From Saprospiraceae bacterium (GTDB lineage: Bacteria > Bacteroidota > Bacteroidia > Chitinophagales > Saprospiraceae), in the NCBI GenBank assembly GCA_026986005.1, contig JALSPK010000003.1:300-64299 (forward strand): DNA of 64,000 bases. The letters are read 5' to 3'. Every line of letters begins with the position of its first letter. Position 1 is the stretch's first letter. The translations under genes were made by a program, and so were the position numbers. Shown here one piece after another: positions 55,132-64,000 of the stretch. Below the pieces are notes generated by a model, which did no database searches, was not told the DNA's origin, and saw only the letters and a program-made list of their open reading frames with translations.

Positions 55132-58092
55132 ATGTCACATAATAATAATAATAATATTGTACAATCTTTTATAAATAGAGCAAATAAACACAGAGATATT
55201 TACCATGACTTAATGCCGTTTAAAGTAAAAGAAATTCTATTGGTTTCTCATTTATACGATGCATATTTAATAGAAGGAGAGGGACGTTTCTCCGAAATTA
55301 TGTTGTATGAATATGGTCATCTTAATTTGTCATCATTACCTCGAATAACCGGGGCTTCTTTTTCTGAAGATGTTTGTAAGCATTTCAAAAAAAGAAAAAT
55401 AGATCTCATCATCTTGATGGTTGGGTTAGATAAAGATCAACCGATGGAATTGGCTAAGCAAATAAAAGAAAAGTACCCTGATAAACCAATATTTTTCCTG
55501 CTTCATGACAGAACTTATGAAAAATATTTTGTAAAAAAATTACCGACAGGATACATTGATATGATATTTGAATGGAATGGAGAGACAAAGATATTCTTTG
55601 CCATGATCAAATATCTTGAGGACAAAATGAATGCCAAGAACGACACAAAAATAGGGTCGGTAAGATTGATTCTTTTAGTTGAAGATAAACCGATCTATTA
55701 TTCTGCCTTTTTATCAAGCATATACAAAATTATATTTGACCAGACAAACAAAGTAATAGAAGAAATATCTACAGACAATGCTTTTAAGGTGCTTAAATTA
55801 AGAATCCGACCAAAAGTGATTTTAGCAAGGAATTATGAGGATGCAATAGAACTGTTCAATGAGTATAAGGACTATCTTTACTGTTTATTGACAGATGTCA
55901 GGTTTGAAAAAGACAATAAAATAAATTTGAACGCAGGGTTTGAACTTATCGAAGAGATAAAGAAACATAAAAAAGAATTGCCAACGATAGTCATCTCTTC
56001 TGAAGACAGAGCTAAAGACAAAGCAAAGGAACTAAAAGTAGAATTTATTCATAAGCATACAGAATTTTTAAATAAAGAATTGCGAAAAAAAGTTGTGCAA
56101 AATCTAAATTTCGGAGATTTTATTTTCAAAAACAAAGATGGAGAAAAAATAGGAAAGGCAAAATCAATCAAGCAGTTCAAAGCTATGATAAAATCCGTAT
56201 CAGATGAGACAATCATGTACCATGCGCACAAAGATGATTTTTCGCAATGGTTACTCGCCAGAAGCGAAATACTATTAGCAAAAATACTGAATTTAAAAAA
56301 GACATCAGATTTTACATCACCTACAGAAATAAGAGAGTTTCTTCTCAATACTATAAAAAATTATGCCGACGAAAAATCTCAGGGTAATGTTTTACCCATT
56401 GAATCTGATCAATGCAATTCAGAAGGCAATATTGTATCTTTGTTCAATGGTGCTTATGGGGGTAAAGGCAGAGGTTTAACTTTTGCAAATTCTTTATTCA
56501 ATCAATTCAAATTAGAAAATAAGTTTTCGGATATAATCATCAAACTTCCAAAGACAGCAGTAATCGGAGTTAAGGAATTTGAAGAATTTATTACTAATAT
56601 TGATTTAGATCTGACCAATAATAACATACCTTCATATGGAGAAGTTAAAGAAAAGTTTTTAGCTAATGAATTGAGTGACTTATTGAAAAGCAGATTGAAA
56701 AAACTAATAACTTGCTTCACAAAACCATTAGCAATAAGATCCTCCGGTTCCTTTGAGGATAGTCTTTCAAGACCTTTTGCCGGGATTTTCGAGACCTATG
56801 TTATTCCTAATAATCACGAAGACATTGAAGTTAGATTCATCCAAATTCAAGATGCGATAAAATTAGTGTTTGCTTCTGTTTTTTCAGAAAAAGCTTTAAA
56901 CTATGCCAAAGCATTAGACCAGAGAATTGAAGAGCAACAAATGGCAATTGTCATACAAGAATTGGTAGGAAAAAACCACAATGGATTGTATTATCCTCAT
57001 TTTAGTGGTGTAGCACAATCATACAATTTTTATCCTTTTGCCAATATGCAACCTGAAGACGGCTTTTCTGTTATCGCTTTCGGTCTGGGAATGTACGTTG
57101 TCAATGGAGAGAATGCTTATAGGTTTTCACCCATGTATCCTCAAATACAGGTCTTGTCATTTGAAGATCAAATTAAATACACACAAACATATTTTTACGC
57201 TTTAGATACGGATAAGAAAGAATATGATTTAAGCAAAGGCGCGATGGAAACTATTAAGAAAGTGGATATATATGATGCTCGAAGTCACAACACTCTTACA
57301 CATTGTGTCTCTGTTTATGATGTAAATAATCTTCGACTTTACCCCGGAGCAAATAGACAAGGTCCAATTGTTGTTAATTTCCCAAGCATTCTTAAAACAG
57401 AATATATTCCATTAGCTGATGTACTAAATTATTTGCTCGGTGTTTTCGAAAAATCGTTTGGGACTCCTGTAGAGATAGAATTTGCAGTCGACCTAGATGA
57501 AAAACCAACATTTTATTTATTACAGGTAAAACCTTTGATTAAAGCTGTCAAAGACTATTCCATTGATGCAAATAAAATCATTAAAGAAAAAACTATTCTG
57601 TATTCGGAAAAAATAATGGGAAACGGCAAGATTGATTATCTGAGAGACATTGTTTTTGTTAAACCGGATGCTTTTGACAATACCAAAACAAATGAAATGG
57701 TAAATGAAATAAGCAGTATTAACGATACTATGGTTCAACAAGGCAAACAATATGTATTGATAGGTCCGGGACGTTGGGGTACAAGAGATAGATTTTTGGG
57801 TATTCCGGTCACGTGGCCTCAAATTAGTGGGGCAAAAGTAATAGTCGAAACAGATTTGGATGGCTTTCCTCTTGATGCTTCATATGGTTCGCATTTTTTT
57901 CACAATCTAACAAGTTTAAACATTGCATACTTTTCAATCATGATAGGTGATAATAGTTATTTGAATTTAGAGCTGTTAGATAGCGTCAATATTATTCAAG
58001 AAAATAAATACTTTAAACATATACGTTTCAAAAAACCTTTTGTTATTAAAATGGATGGAAAAAAGAGATTGGCTCTTATTGAAATTGAATGA
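55132..58092 (+). CDS. PEP/pyruvate-binding (PPDK_N ATP-grasp) domain protein with N-terminal receiver-like domains
   Basis: 986 aa. REC-like block VRLILLVEDKP...CLLTDVRF...PTIVISS, preceded by a degenerate REC-like block. ATP-grasp motifs GGKGRGLTF, LAIRSSGSFEDSLSRPFAGIFETY and MAIVIQELVG. No TSHAA-type swivel-His motif is visible. Confidence 0.85.
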   Translation: MSHNNNNNIVQSFINRANKHRDIYHDLMPFKVKEILLVSHLYDAYLIEGEGRFSEIMLYEYGHLNLSSLPRITGASFSEDVCKHFKKRKIDLIILMVGLDKDQPMELAKQIKEKYPDKPIFFLLHDRTYEKYFVKKLPTGYIDMIFEWNGETKIFFAMIKYLEDKMNAKNDTKIGSVRLILLVEDKPIYYSAFLSSIYKIIFDQTNKVIEEISTDNAFKVLKLRIRPKVILARNYEDAIELFNEYKDYLYCLLTDVRFEKDNKINLNAGFELIEEIKKHKKELPTIVISSEDRAKDKAKELKVEFIHKHTEFLNKELRKKVVQNLNFGDFIFKNKDGEKIGKAKSIKQFKAMIKSVSDETIMYHAHKDDFSQWLLARSEILLAKILNLKKTSDFTSPTEIREFLLNTIKNYADEKSQGNVLPIESDQCNSEGNIVSLFNGAYGGKGRGLTFANSLFNQFKLENKFSDIIIKLPKTAVIGVKEFEEFITNIDLDLTNNNIPSYGEVKEKFLANELSDLLKSRLKKLITCFTKPLAIRSSGSFEDSLSRPFAGIFETYVIPNNHEDIEVRFIQIQDAIKLVFASVFSEKALNYAKALDQRIEEQQMAIVIQELVGKNHNGLYYPHFSGVAQSYNFYPFANMQPEDGFSVIAFGLGMYVVNGENAYRFSPMYPQIQVLSFEDQIKYTQTYFYALDTDKKEYDLSKGAMETIKKVDIYDARSHNTLTHCVSVYDVNNLRLYPGANRQGPIVVNFPSILKTEYIPLADVLNYLLGVFEKSFGTPVEIEFAVDLDEKPTFYLLQVKPLIKAVKDYSIDANKIIKEKTILYSEKIMGNGKIDYLRDIVFVKPDAFDNTKTNEMVNEISSINDTMVQQGKQYVLIGPGRWGTRDRFLGIPVTWPQISGAKVIVETDLDGFPLDASYGSHFFHNLTSLNIAYFSIMIGDNSYLNLELLDSVNIIQENKYFKHIRFKKPFVIKMDGKKRLALIEIE

Positions 58093-58104
58093 AAAACATA
58101 AAAA

Positions 58105-59067
58105 ATGAAAGCAATTATATTAAAACAGGCATATACACCACCCTCTTATGAGGAGTTTGTTTTGAAAAAGGAAGAAAACAAAGTAAAAATCAAACTGATA
58201 GCATCAGCTTTGAATCATAGAGACCTTTGGATAATAAAAGGTCAATATGCCGGAATAAAATACCCAATAGTATTAGGTTCCGATGGAATTGGAACATATA
58301 GAGGCGAAAAAGTCATTATTAATCCCGGACAAAATTGGGGTTTTAATGAAAATGTACAATCCAAAAATTTTAAAATATTAGGCTTACCAGACAATGGTAC
58401 ATTTGGAGATTTTATTTACACCGAAAGTAAATATATTCATCCTAAACCGGAGCATTTGACAGATTTTGAGGCTGCGGCTTTGCCCTTGGGGGGATTGACT
58501 GCTTATAGAGCCTTATTTTCCAGAGCAAAAATCCAGAAAAAAGAAAAAATTCTAATCTCAGGTATTGGTGGAGGTGTAGCATTGTTTGCAATGCAATTTG
58601 CTTTAGCTACCGGACTGGAGGTATATGTAAGTTCAAGTAGTAATAAAAAAATAGAAAAAGCTATTTCTTTAGGAGCTAAAGACGGAATCAATTATACTAG
58701 AGAAAATTGGCATAAAGATCTTTTAAATAGATCAGGAGGTATCGACATTATAGTTGATAGTGCTGCAGGAACTACTTTCAACAATTATCTAAAACTAATA
58801 AATCCGGGCGGTAGAATTGTTATTTACGGAGGCACGCAAGGCAATATCCAAAATCTAAGCCCCCAAATATTATTTTGGAAACAAGCCACTCTATTAGGAT
58901 CGACAATGGGGTCAGAAAAAGATTTCATAGAAATGCTTAGATTTGTGAATAAGTACAAGATAAAACCGATTTTGGATTCTTTGTACAATATAGAAGACAT
59001 AAATATCGCATTGAAAAAAATGGAAGAAGGAAAGCAGTTTGGAAAGATTGTCCTAAAAAATAATTAA
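58105..59067 (+). CDS. MDR-superfamily NAD(P)-dependent oxidoreductase (quinone oxidoreductase-like)
   Basis: 320 aa. GroES-like N-terminus and the Rossmann motif ISGIGGGVALFAMQFA. No GHE zinc-ligand motif. Confidence 0.85.
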   Translation: MKAIILKQAYTPPSYEEFVLKKEENKVKIKLIASALNHRDLWIIKGQYAGIKYPIVLGSDGIGTYRGEKVIINPGQNWGFNENVQSKNFKILGLPDNGTFGDFIYTESKYIHPKPEHLTDFEAAALPLGGLTAYRALFSRAKIQKKEKILISGIGGGVALFAMQFALATGLEVYVSSSSNKKIEKAISLGAKDGINYTRENWHKDLLNRSGGIDIIVDSAAGTTFNNYLKLINPGGRIVIYGGTQGNIQNLSPQILFWKQATLLGSTMGSEKDFIEMLRFVNKYKIKPILDSLYNIEDINIALKKMEEGKQFGKIVLKNN

Positions 59068-59825
59068 AGTGACTCCGCAATATATTTCAATCCATACAAC
59101 GTGAGATTTGGCTCTACGTAATCTATAGCCCCAATATGAGGAGCTATTACTTGGGAAAGTCCACCGGTAACAACGACTTTAAAGTCTTCCTCTAGATGAC
59201 TATTTATTACTTTAATCATATATTTAACCAATCCCACATAACCTATTAACACTCCGTTCTGAATAGCTTCTACAGTATTCGTACCAACAGGGTTCATCGG
59301 CATTATCAAATCTACTTTGGGTAGCTGTGCCGTATTCCCTACAAGAGCATTAATAGCTGTTTTCAAACCGGGAGCAATATTCACACCGATCAATAATCCG
59401 GCATTATTGATTACCGTAAAAGTCAAGGCAGTACCAAAATCAATTATAATGATATTTTCACTATATAAATAATGAGCCCCTACAGCATTTGCCACCAGAT
59501 CTGCACCTATTTCATCCTGATTTGTTATCACTATTCTTAGCTTATCAAAAACATTTTTATCCACAACAACCAATTTACTATCATTGAGATTCTCAAGCAG
59601 TTCAAAAAACAAATCTTTCAAGTCAGGTACGACAGTACTAAACACTTTCAACTCAATATCTTTCACGTCTATACCGGCCTCCCACAAAAAATTATTAATC
59701 TTATAGCTATAAAACAACAAATTTTCATTTTTCTTAGATTCAATGCGCCATGTCTCAACCCATTCTTTTCCGTCAAATAGACCAATAACAACATTTGTGT
59801 TTCCAATATCTATTGCAAGTACCAT
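59064..59825 (-). CDS. coaX: Type III pantothenate kinase
   Basis: 253 aa. LAIDIGNTNVVIG, IIIDFGTALTF and VVTGGLS motifs. Confidence 0.9.
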   Translation of the reverse strand: MVLAIDIGNTNVVIGLFDGKEWVETWRIESKKNENLLFYSYKINNFLWEAGIDVKDIELKVFSTVVPDLKDLFFELLENLNDSKLVVVDKNVFDKLRIVITNQDEIGADLVANAVGAHYLYSENIIIIDFGTALTFTVINNAGLLIGVNIAPGLKTAINALVGNTAQLPKVDLIMPMNPVGTNTVEAIQNGVLIGYVGLVKYMIKVINSHLEEDFKVVVTGGLSQVIAPHIGAIDYVEPNLTLYGLKYIAESL

Positions 59826-59851
59826 TATTTTATTATTTTTTGTTATATAAA

Positions 59852-61912
59852 TCAGACATCGACCTTATGAATCCTTTTGAAATAATAATAAGTTTCATTT
59901 TGAGATTGTATTGCAAAACTATCATTACAAACGTACTCGTTTAACAGTTTAAAGTCCAAATACCTTGCTTTAATATTATCTTTTAACTGAATATTAATTA
60001 TATCTCTAATCGTATTTTTTATTTTAATATCATATATGGGAAATACCGTCTCGACTCTTCTATAAAGATTCCTTCCCATAAAATCAGCAGAGGACAAATA
60101 CATTTTTTCATCTCCGTCATTTCCAAAAATAAATACTCTAGCGTGTTCTAAATATCTATCCAATATACTAATAGCTGCAATGTTGTCACTAACACCACTA
60201 ACGCCGGACACCAATGAACAAATACCTCTAACTATCAGATCAATCTTCACGCCTGCCCTACTAGCTTTATACAACAACTTAATCATATTCGGCTCTTGTA
60301 TACTATTCATCTTTAATATGATATAAGCATCTTTCCCTTCATTTGCATTTTGTATCTCTTGCTCAATCATCTTAACTAGTTCTTGACGCATATTGAATTG
60401 TCCAACTAGCAGATGTTTAAATCCATCTCGAGGAATAACTTTATTCTCAAGAAAGGAAAAAACCTTTACAGCTTCTTCCGTCAAGCGAGTGTCATAAGTA
60501 AAAAGACCGAAATCAGAATAAATCTTAGCTGTCCCTTCATGAAAATTTCCAGTACTCAAATAAGCGTATTTTTCTTCACCTAAATCCGTTTGCCTAATGA
60601 TAAGGGCTAACTTTACGTGGACTTTAATGCCGGGAAAGCTTGTCGTAACATGTACGCCCACTTTTTTAAGCTCTTTAGTCCAAGATAAGTTAGCCTCTTC
60701 GTCAAACCTTGCTTTCAATTCAATAAAGGCTGAAACATGTTTGCCTTTACTTACCGCTTTCTTCAAGGCGTTCATAATTCTTGATTTGCCAGCTACACGA
60801 TACTGTACAATCTTAATGTGAGTGACAGTATCATCTTCAGCAGCATCTTCAAAGAACCTAATTACAGATTCATAACTATGATACGGGACATTTAATAAAT
60901 AATCTCTATGTTTTATCTTATTGAAAATTAAATCTGTATTTTCTAGCTCCTTAATTGGTAAAGGGACTAATGCAGATAACTTCAAATACTCCTTATCAAA
61001 GTCAGGAAATTGGAATAAGTCAAAATTATTGTGATACCTTCCTTCCGGAATTATATCCAAATACCCCAATTCAAATACATTCATCAAGTACTTTAAGAAT
61101 ATTTTTGGCATCTGCCTATCGTAAACCAATCTTGCCGGAGGTCCTACCTTGCGTTTTTTAAGGCTTTTTTTAAGTTTCTCAACTAAATCTCCGGAAAACT
61201 CATCATCAATATACAAATCAGCATCACGTGTAAGTTTTATAGAGTAAGATTGGATAATATTATATCCCGGAAATATATCTTTGATACTGTGTCTGATAAT
61301 ATCATCAAGAAAAATCACATCATGCATCTCGGGATTGGATGGTGGCAAAATCACAATGCGATATATTTTATCAGAAGGAATCTGTACAAGTGCATATCTA
61401 ATTACCTTATCTTCTTTGTCCTCTAATTCAACTGCAAGATATAACGCAGCATTATTTAAAAAAGGTTTAATCTTTTTACCCACTAATAGCATTGGCTGTA
61501 CATATGGCAATAAATGATTTTTAAAATAATCCTCTATATAAACGTATTGCTTTGGACTTAACTCCAGTCTTTTCTTTATGTCAATACCATTTTGTTTTAA
61601 TTCAGGAACTATCTGATTTTCGAATATATCAGTAAACTCCAATTGCTGTTCATTCACCATTTTCAACAAATGTTCTAAAACCTTTTTTGATTCTAAATGG
61701 TGCTGTTTTTTCAGTTTTTTGCGTAGACCTATCAAGCTTTTATGATGGGCAACTCTTACTTTAAAAAACTCAGAAAGATTATTGGAATATATAGCCAAAA
61801 ACTTCAATCTCTCAAGTAATGGATTGTTTTTTTTATCTTTAGATTCTTGCAACACACGATAATTAAAGTGCAACCAGGATATATCTCTATCTACATACGG
61901 AAATCTCTTCAA
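59852..61912 (-). CDS. ppk1: Polyphosphate kinase 1
   Basis: 686 aa. N-terminal DRDISWLHFNYRVLQE and two PLD-like C-terminal domains. The apparent start is a TTG at 61912. Confidence 0.93.
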   Translation of the reverse strand: MKRFPYVDRDISWLHFNYRVLQESKDKKNNPLLERLKFLAIYSNNLSEFFKVRVAHHKSLIGLRKKLKKQHHLESKKVLEHLLKMVNEQQLEFTDIFENQIVPELKQNGIDIKKRLELSPKQYVYIEDYFKNHLLPYVQPMLLVGKKIKPFLNNAALYLAVELEDKEDKVIRYALVQIPSDKIYRIVILPPSNPEMHDVIFLDDIIRHSIKDIFPGYNIIQSYSIKLTRDADLYIDDEFSGDLVEKLKKSLKKRKVGPPARLVYDRQMPKIFLKYLMNVFELGYLDIIPEGRYHNNFDLFQFPDFDKEYLKLSALVPLPIKELENTDLIFNKIKHRDYLLNVPYHSYESVIRFFEDAAEDDTVTHIKIVQYRVAGKSRIMNALKKAVSKGKHVSAFIELKARFDEEANLSWTKELKKVGVHVTTSFPGIKVHVKLALIIRQTDLGEEKYAYLSTGNFHEGTAKIYSDFGLFTYDTRLTEEAVKVFSFLENKVIPRDGFKHLLVGQFNMRQELVKMIEQEIQNANEGKDAYIILKMNSIQEPNMIKLLYKASRAGVKIDLIVRGICSLVSGVSGVSDNIAAISILDRYLEHARVFIFGNDGDEKMYLSSADFMGRNLYRRVETVFPIYDIKIKNTIRDIINIQLKDNIKARYLDFKLLNEYVCNDSFAIQSQNETYYYFKRIHKVDV

Positions 61913-62083
61913 AATATATTATTTGTTATAATTCAAAATTTGATAGTGACAAATATAATACTTAAAGGATAAAATCGAAATAAAATTATTCAATTAACAA
62001 ATATTATTTATTATTTAGAATTGATAGAAATAAAAGATAATAATATCCTATATTCATAAAAAAGAGAATATACATAAGATAAT

Positions 62084-62110
62084 AAAAAAAGCCGGTCAAA
62101 AAACCGGCTT
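62084..62110 (-). terminator. Rho-independent terminator downstream of the tRNA
   Basis: The minus strand reads agccggt-tttttg-accggc followed by ttttttt. Confidence 0.7.
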
Positions 62111-62116
62111 GTTTTG

Positions 62117-62189
<73 letters not shown>

Positions 62190-62263
62190 ATATTAATCCC
62201 TAAAATCATAAAAAGAATTCAATATTGATTCATTAATTCAACCATTCTTTTTCTTAGGGATTG

Positions 62264-62271
62264 CAAAGGTA
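62264..62271 (-). promoter_or_regulatory. -7 promoter box TACCTTTG upstream of the tRNA
   Basis: The reverse complement of caaaggta, about 75 nt upstream of the mature tRNA 5' end. Confidence 0.45.
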
Positions 62272-62463
62272 CTATTAAAATCCATACTCTCCAAATTTTT
62301 TAATAAAATTTCATACTAAAAAGAATATTTTCTCATAAAGTTAATTTATGATATAGCCTCAATTTCACGCTAGTTCGCAAAAATTCAAACTAAGTCATCA
62401 AAGATTTTTATATTATAAACATGTTACTTATTTCAATAAAACTTAGTTATTATTCTAATTAAA

Positions 62464-62493
62464 ATAAAAAAAGGGGACATTACTGCCCCCCTT
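62464..62493 (-). terminator. Rho-independent terminator of the 62514.. gene
   Basis: The minus strand reads aagggg-ggcagtaatgt-cccctt followed by ttttttatttt. Confidence 0.7.
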
Positions 62494-62513
62494 CTCACTA
62501 TTAAAAACATTCA

Positions 62514-64000
62514 CTATTTTTTAATCATAACTTTAGAACTTACACCCTTTTCTGTATACACACTTATAATGTATGAACCTGCTACTAAATTTTTTGTATT
62601 TAATTTTTCAGAATATAAGTTTTTCACAGCATTATTAATATATGTATTTCCTAACATATCATTAACTGTAATATTGTAGATCTTATCTTCTGAAGAAATA
62701 TTTACCGTATTCTCAATTGGATTTGGATAGATATTAAAATTATTTACAATAATATCATTAACCCCAACAGATACTTTATCCCCAAGTCTAAAGTCATCCA
62801 TTTGGAATGACAGTTCATACTTGCCGGGATATTTTACTGTTTCAAACAATATCGCTTCGATGTAACTAAAGTCCCCGGGAGGTATTACACCATTCCACAT
62901 TGGTTTACCAATATTTGCATCAAAATCAAATACGTACTCGTGCCATTGCCCATCTGCAGGAACTAAGAAATTTGGACTATCTACCATTCTTACTAGGGTA
63001 TTTGTACTGTCTGAACCCCAAGGAGAGGCTAAAAATAATACAGAATCGACAGCCTCACCATCATATGTCGCACCAGTTGCAACATTTAATTTCACACTCA
63101 TCAATCCATTATCTGTTAGATTAAATGCTATTTTATCTTTATCAGCAAAGTTAAAGAATTGTCCATCCCAAAAGTTCTTTTGTTTTATTGAGTAATTCAA
63201 CTCTTCATTTTCTTGTGTCACAGTTACTATAGGACTTCCATCATCGTGTGTACCTCTATTACCCAACCATAAATCCATATTGACATCACTAGAAAAATCT
63301 TGTTCATATCCAGTCAACAATTGTGGAGGAACAGCAGATGCTCCTAACTTGAAGTTGTCCATTTGGAATGATAATTTATATTTACCCGGATACTTTACTG
63401 TTTCAAATAATATCGCTTCTATTTGGCTGAAATCTCCCGGAGGTATTTCTCCATTCCACATTGGATGTCCAATATTAGCAGCAAAATCAAATGTGTATTC
63501 ATGCCATTGACCATCAGCAGGAACTAAAAAATTTGGACTATCTACCATTCTCACTAATGTACCAGTACTGTCTTTTCCCCATGGTGAAGCGAGGAATAAT
63601 ACTGAATCTACAGCTACACTATCATAAGTCGCTCCCGGTGCTACATTTAATCTGACACTCATCAATCCATTTTCTGTCAAATCAAATACAATATTTTTAT
63701 TCTTCTTAAAATTGAAGAATTGTCCATCCCAAAATGCATTTTGATCAACTGTATAATTCAAATGTCCATCCTTTTGCTCTACTGTAAAAATTGGTGTACC
63801 GTCAGGATGTTTTCCTGTATTTCCCAACCAAAGATCCATGTCGGCGTCTTGTGAAAAATAGTTAGTATATGTAGTCAAAACAGTAGGTGGAACAGCAGCT
63901 TGCCCCAACTTAAAATCATCCATTTGAAATGATAGTTTATATTTACCCGGATACTTTACTGTTTCAAATAATATCGCTTCTATTTGGCTGAAATCTCCGG
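62514..64000 (-). CDS. T9SS type A cargo protein built from tandem ~187-aa CBM-like repeats; the 5' end lies outside the window
   Basis: The reading frame stays open to the window edge, so the ATG at 63923 is internal (it starts a repeat unit). The C-terminus NIYPNPIENTVNIS...GSYIISVYTEKGVSSKVMIKK matches the type A CTD. Confidence 0.85.
   Translation of the reverse strand, partial: GDFSQIEAILFETVKYPGKYKLSFQMDDFKLGQAAVPPTVLTTYTNYFSQDADMDLWLGNTGKHPDGTPIFTVEQKDGHLNYTVDQNAFWDGQFFNFKKNKNIVFDLTENGLMSVRLNVAPGATYDSVAVDSVLFLASPWGKDSTGTLVRMVDSPNFLVPADGQWHEYTFDFAANIGHPMWNGEIPPGDFSQIEAILFETVKYPGKYKLSFQMDNFKLGASAVPPQLLTGYEQDFSSDVNMDLWLGNRGTHDDGSPIVTVTQENEELNYSIKQKNFWDGQFFNFADKDKIAFNLTDNGLMSVKLNVATGATYDGEAVDSVLFLASPWGSDSTNTLVRMVDSPNFLVPADGQWHEYVFDFDANIGKPMWNGVIPPGDFSYIEAILFETVKYPGKYELSFQMDDFRLGDKVSVGVNDIIVNNFNIYPNPIENTVNISSEDKIYNITVNDMLGNTYINNAVKNLYSEKLNTKNLVAGSYIISVYTEKGVSSKVMIKK
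62802..64000 (-). repeat. 561-bp tandem coding repeats (two full units plus the start of a third)
   Basis: Unit boundaries fall at 62801/62802, 63362/63363 and 63923/63924 (each unit begins MD[DN]F[KR]LG). Positions 63921-64000 are almost identical to 63360-63439. Confidence 0.85.

Overview
This is an AT-rich chromosomal segment, roughly one third G+C by eye, with clear Bacteroidota hallmarks. These are many type IX secretion (T9SS) cargo genes with type A or type B C-terminal sorting domains, PorP/SprF genes, and TAnnTTTG -7 promoter boxes.

Housekeeping genes present: valS, sppA, lepB, ftsK, coaE, coaX, ppk1, ppx-like, mnmD, carbamate kinase, ornithine carbamoyltransferase and an initiator tRNA-Met. 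They are interleaved with at least seven large secreted or surface proteins.

Features worth follow-up:
1. An ECF sigma / membrane-protein pair lies divergent from two tandem giant paralogous T9SS cargo genes. Each paralog carries both a dockerin-like and a cohesin-like module.
2. A tight three-gene operon encodes a cupin, a REC-REC-ATP-grasp (PEP/pyruvate-binding, no swivel-His) protein and an MDR oxidoreductase.
3. A family of 164-bp MITE-like palindromic elements occurs as two tandem full copies, one 81-bp deletion derivative and two partial copies. One partial copy abuts a decayed SNF2 helicase remnant.
4. A GC-rich structured island in an otherwise AT-rich divergent intergenic region is a candidate ncRNA.
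5. Near-identical 561-bp tandem coding repeats run off the right edge of the window.

No CRISPR array, rRNA, transposase, integrase or recognisable defence system was seen. All family assignments come from motif recognition by eye on the supplied translations; no database search was run.
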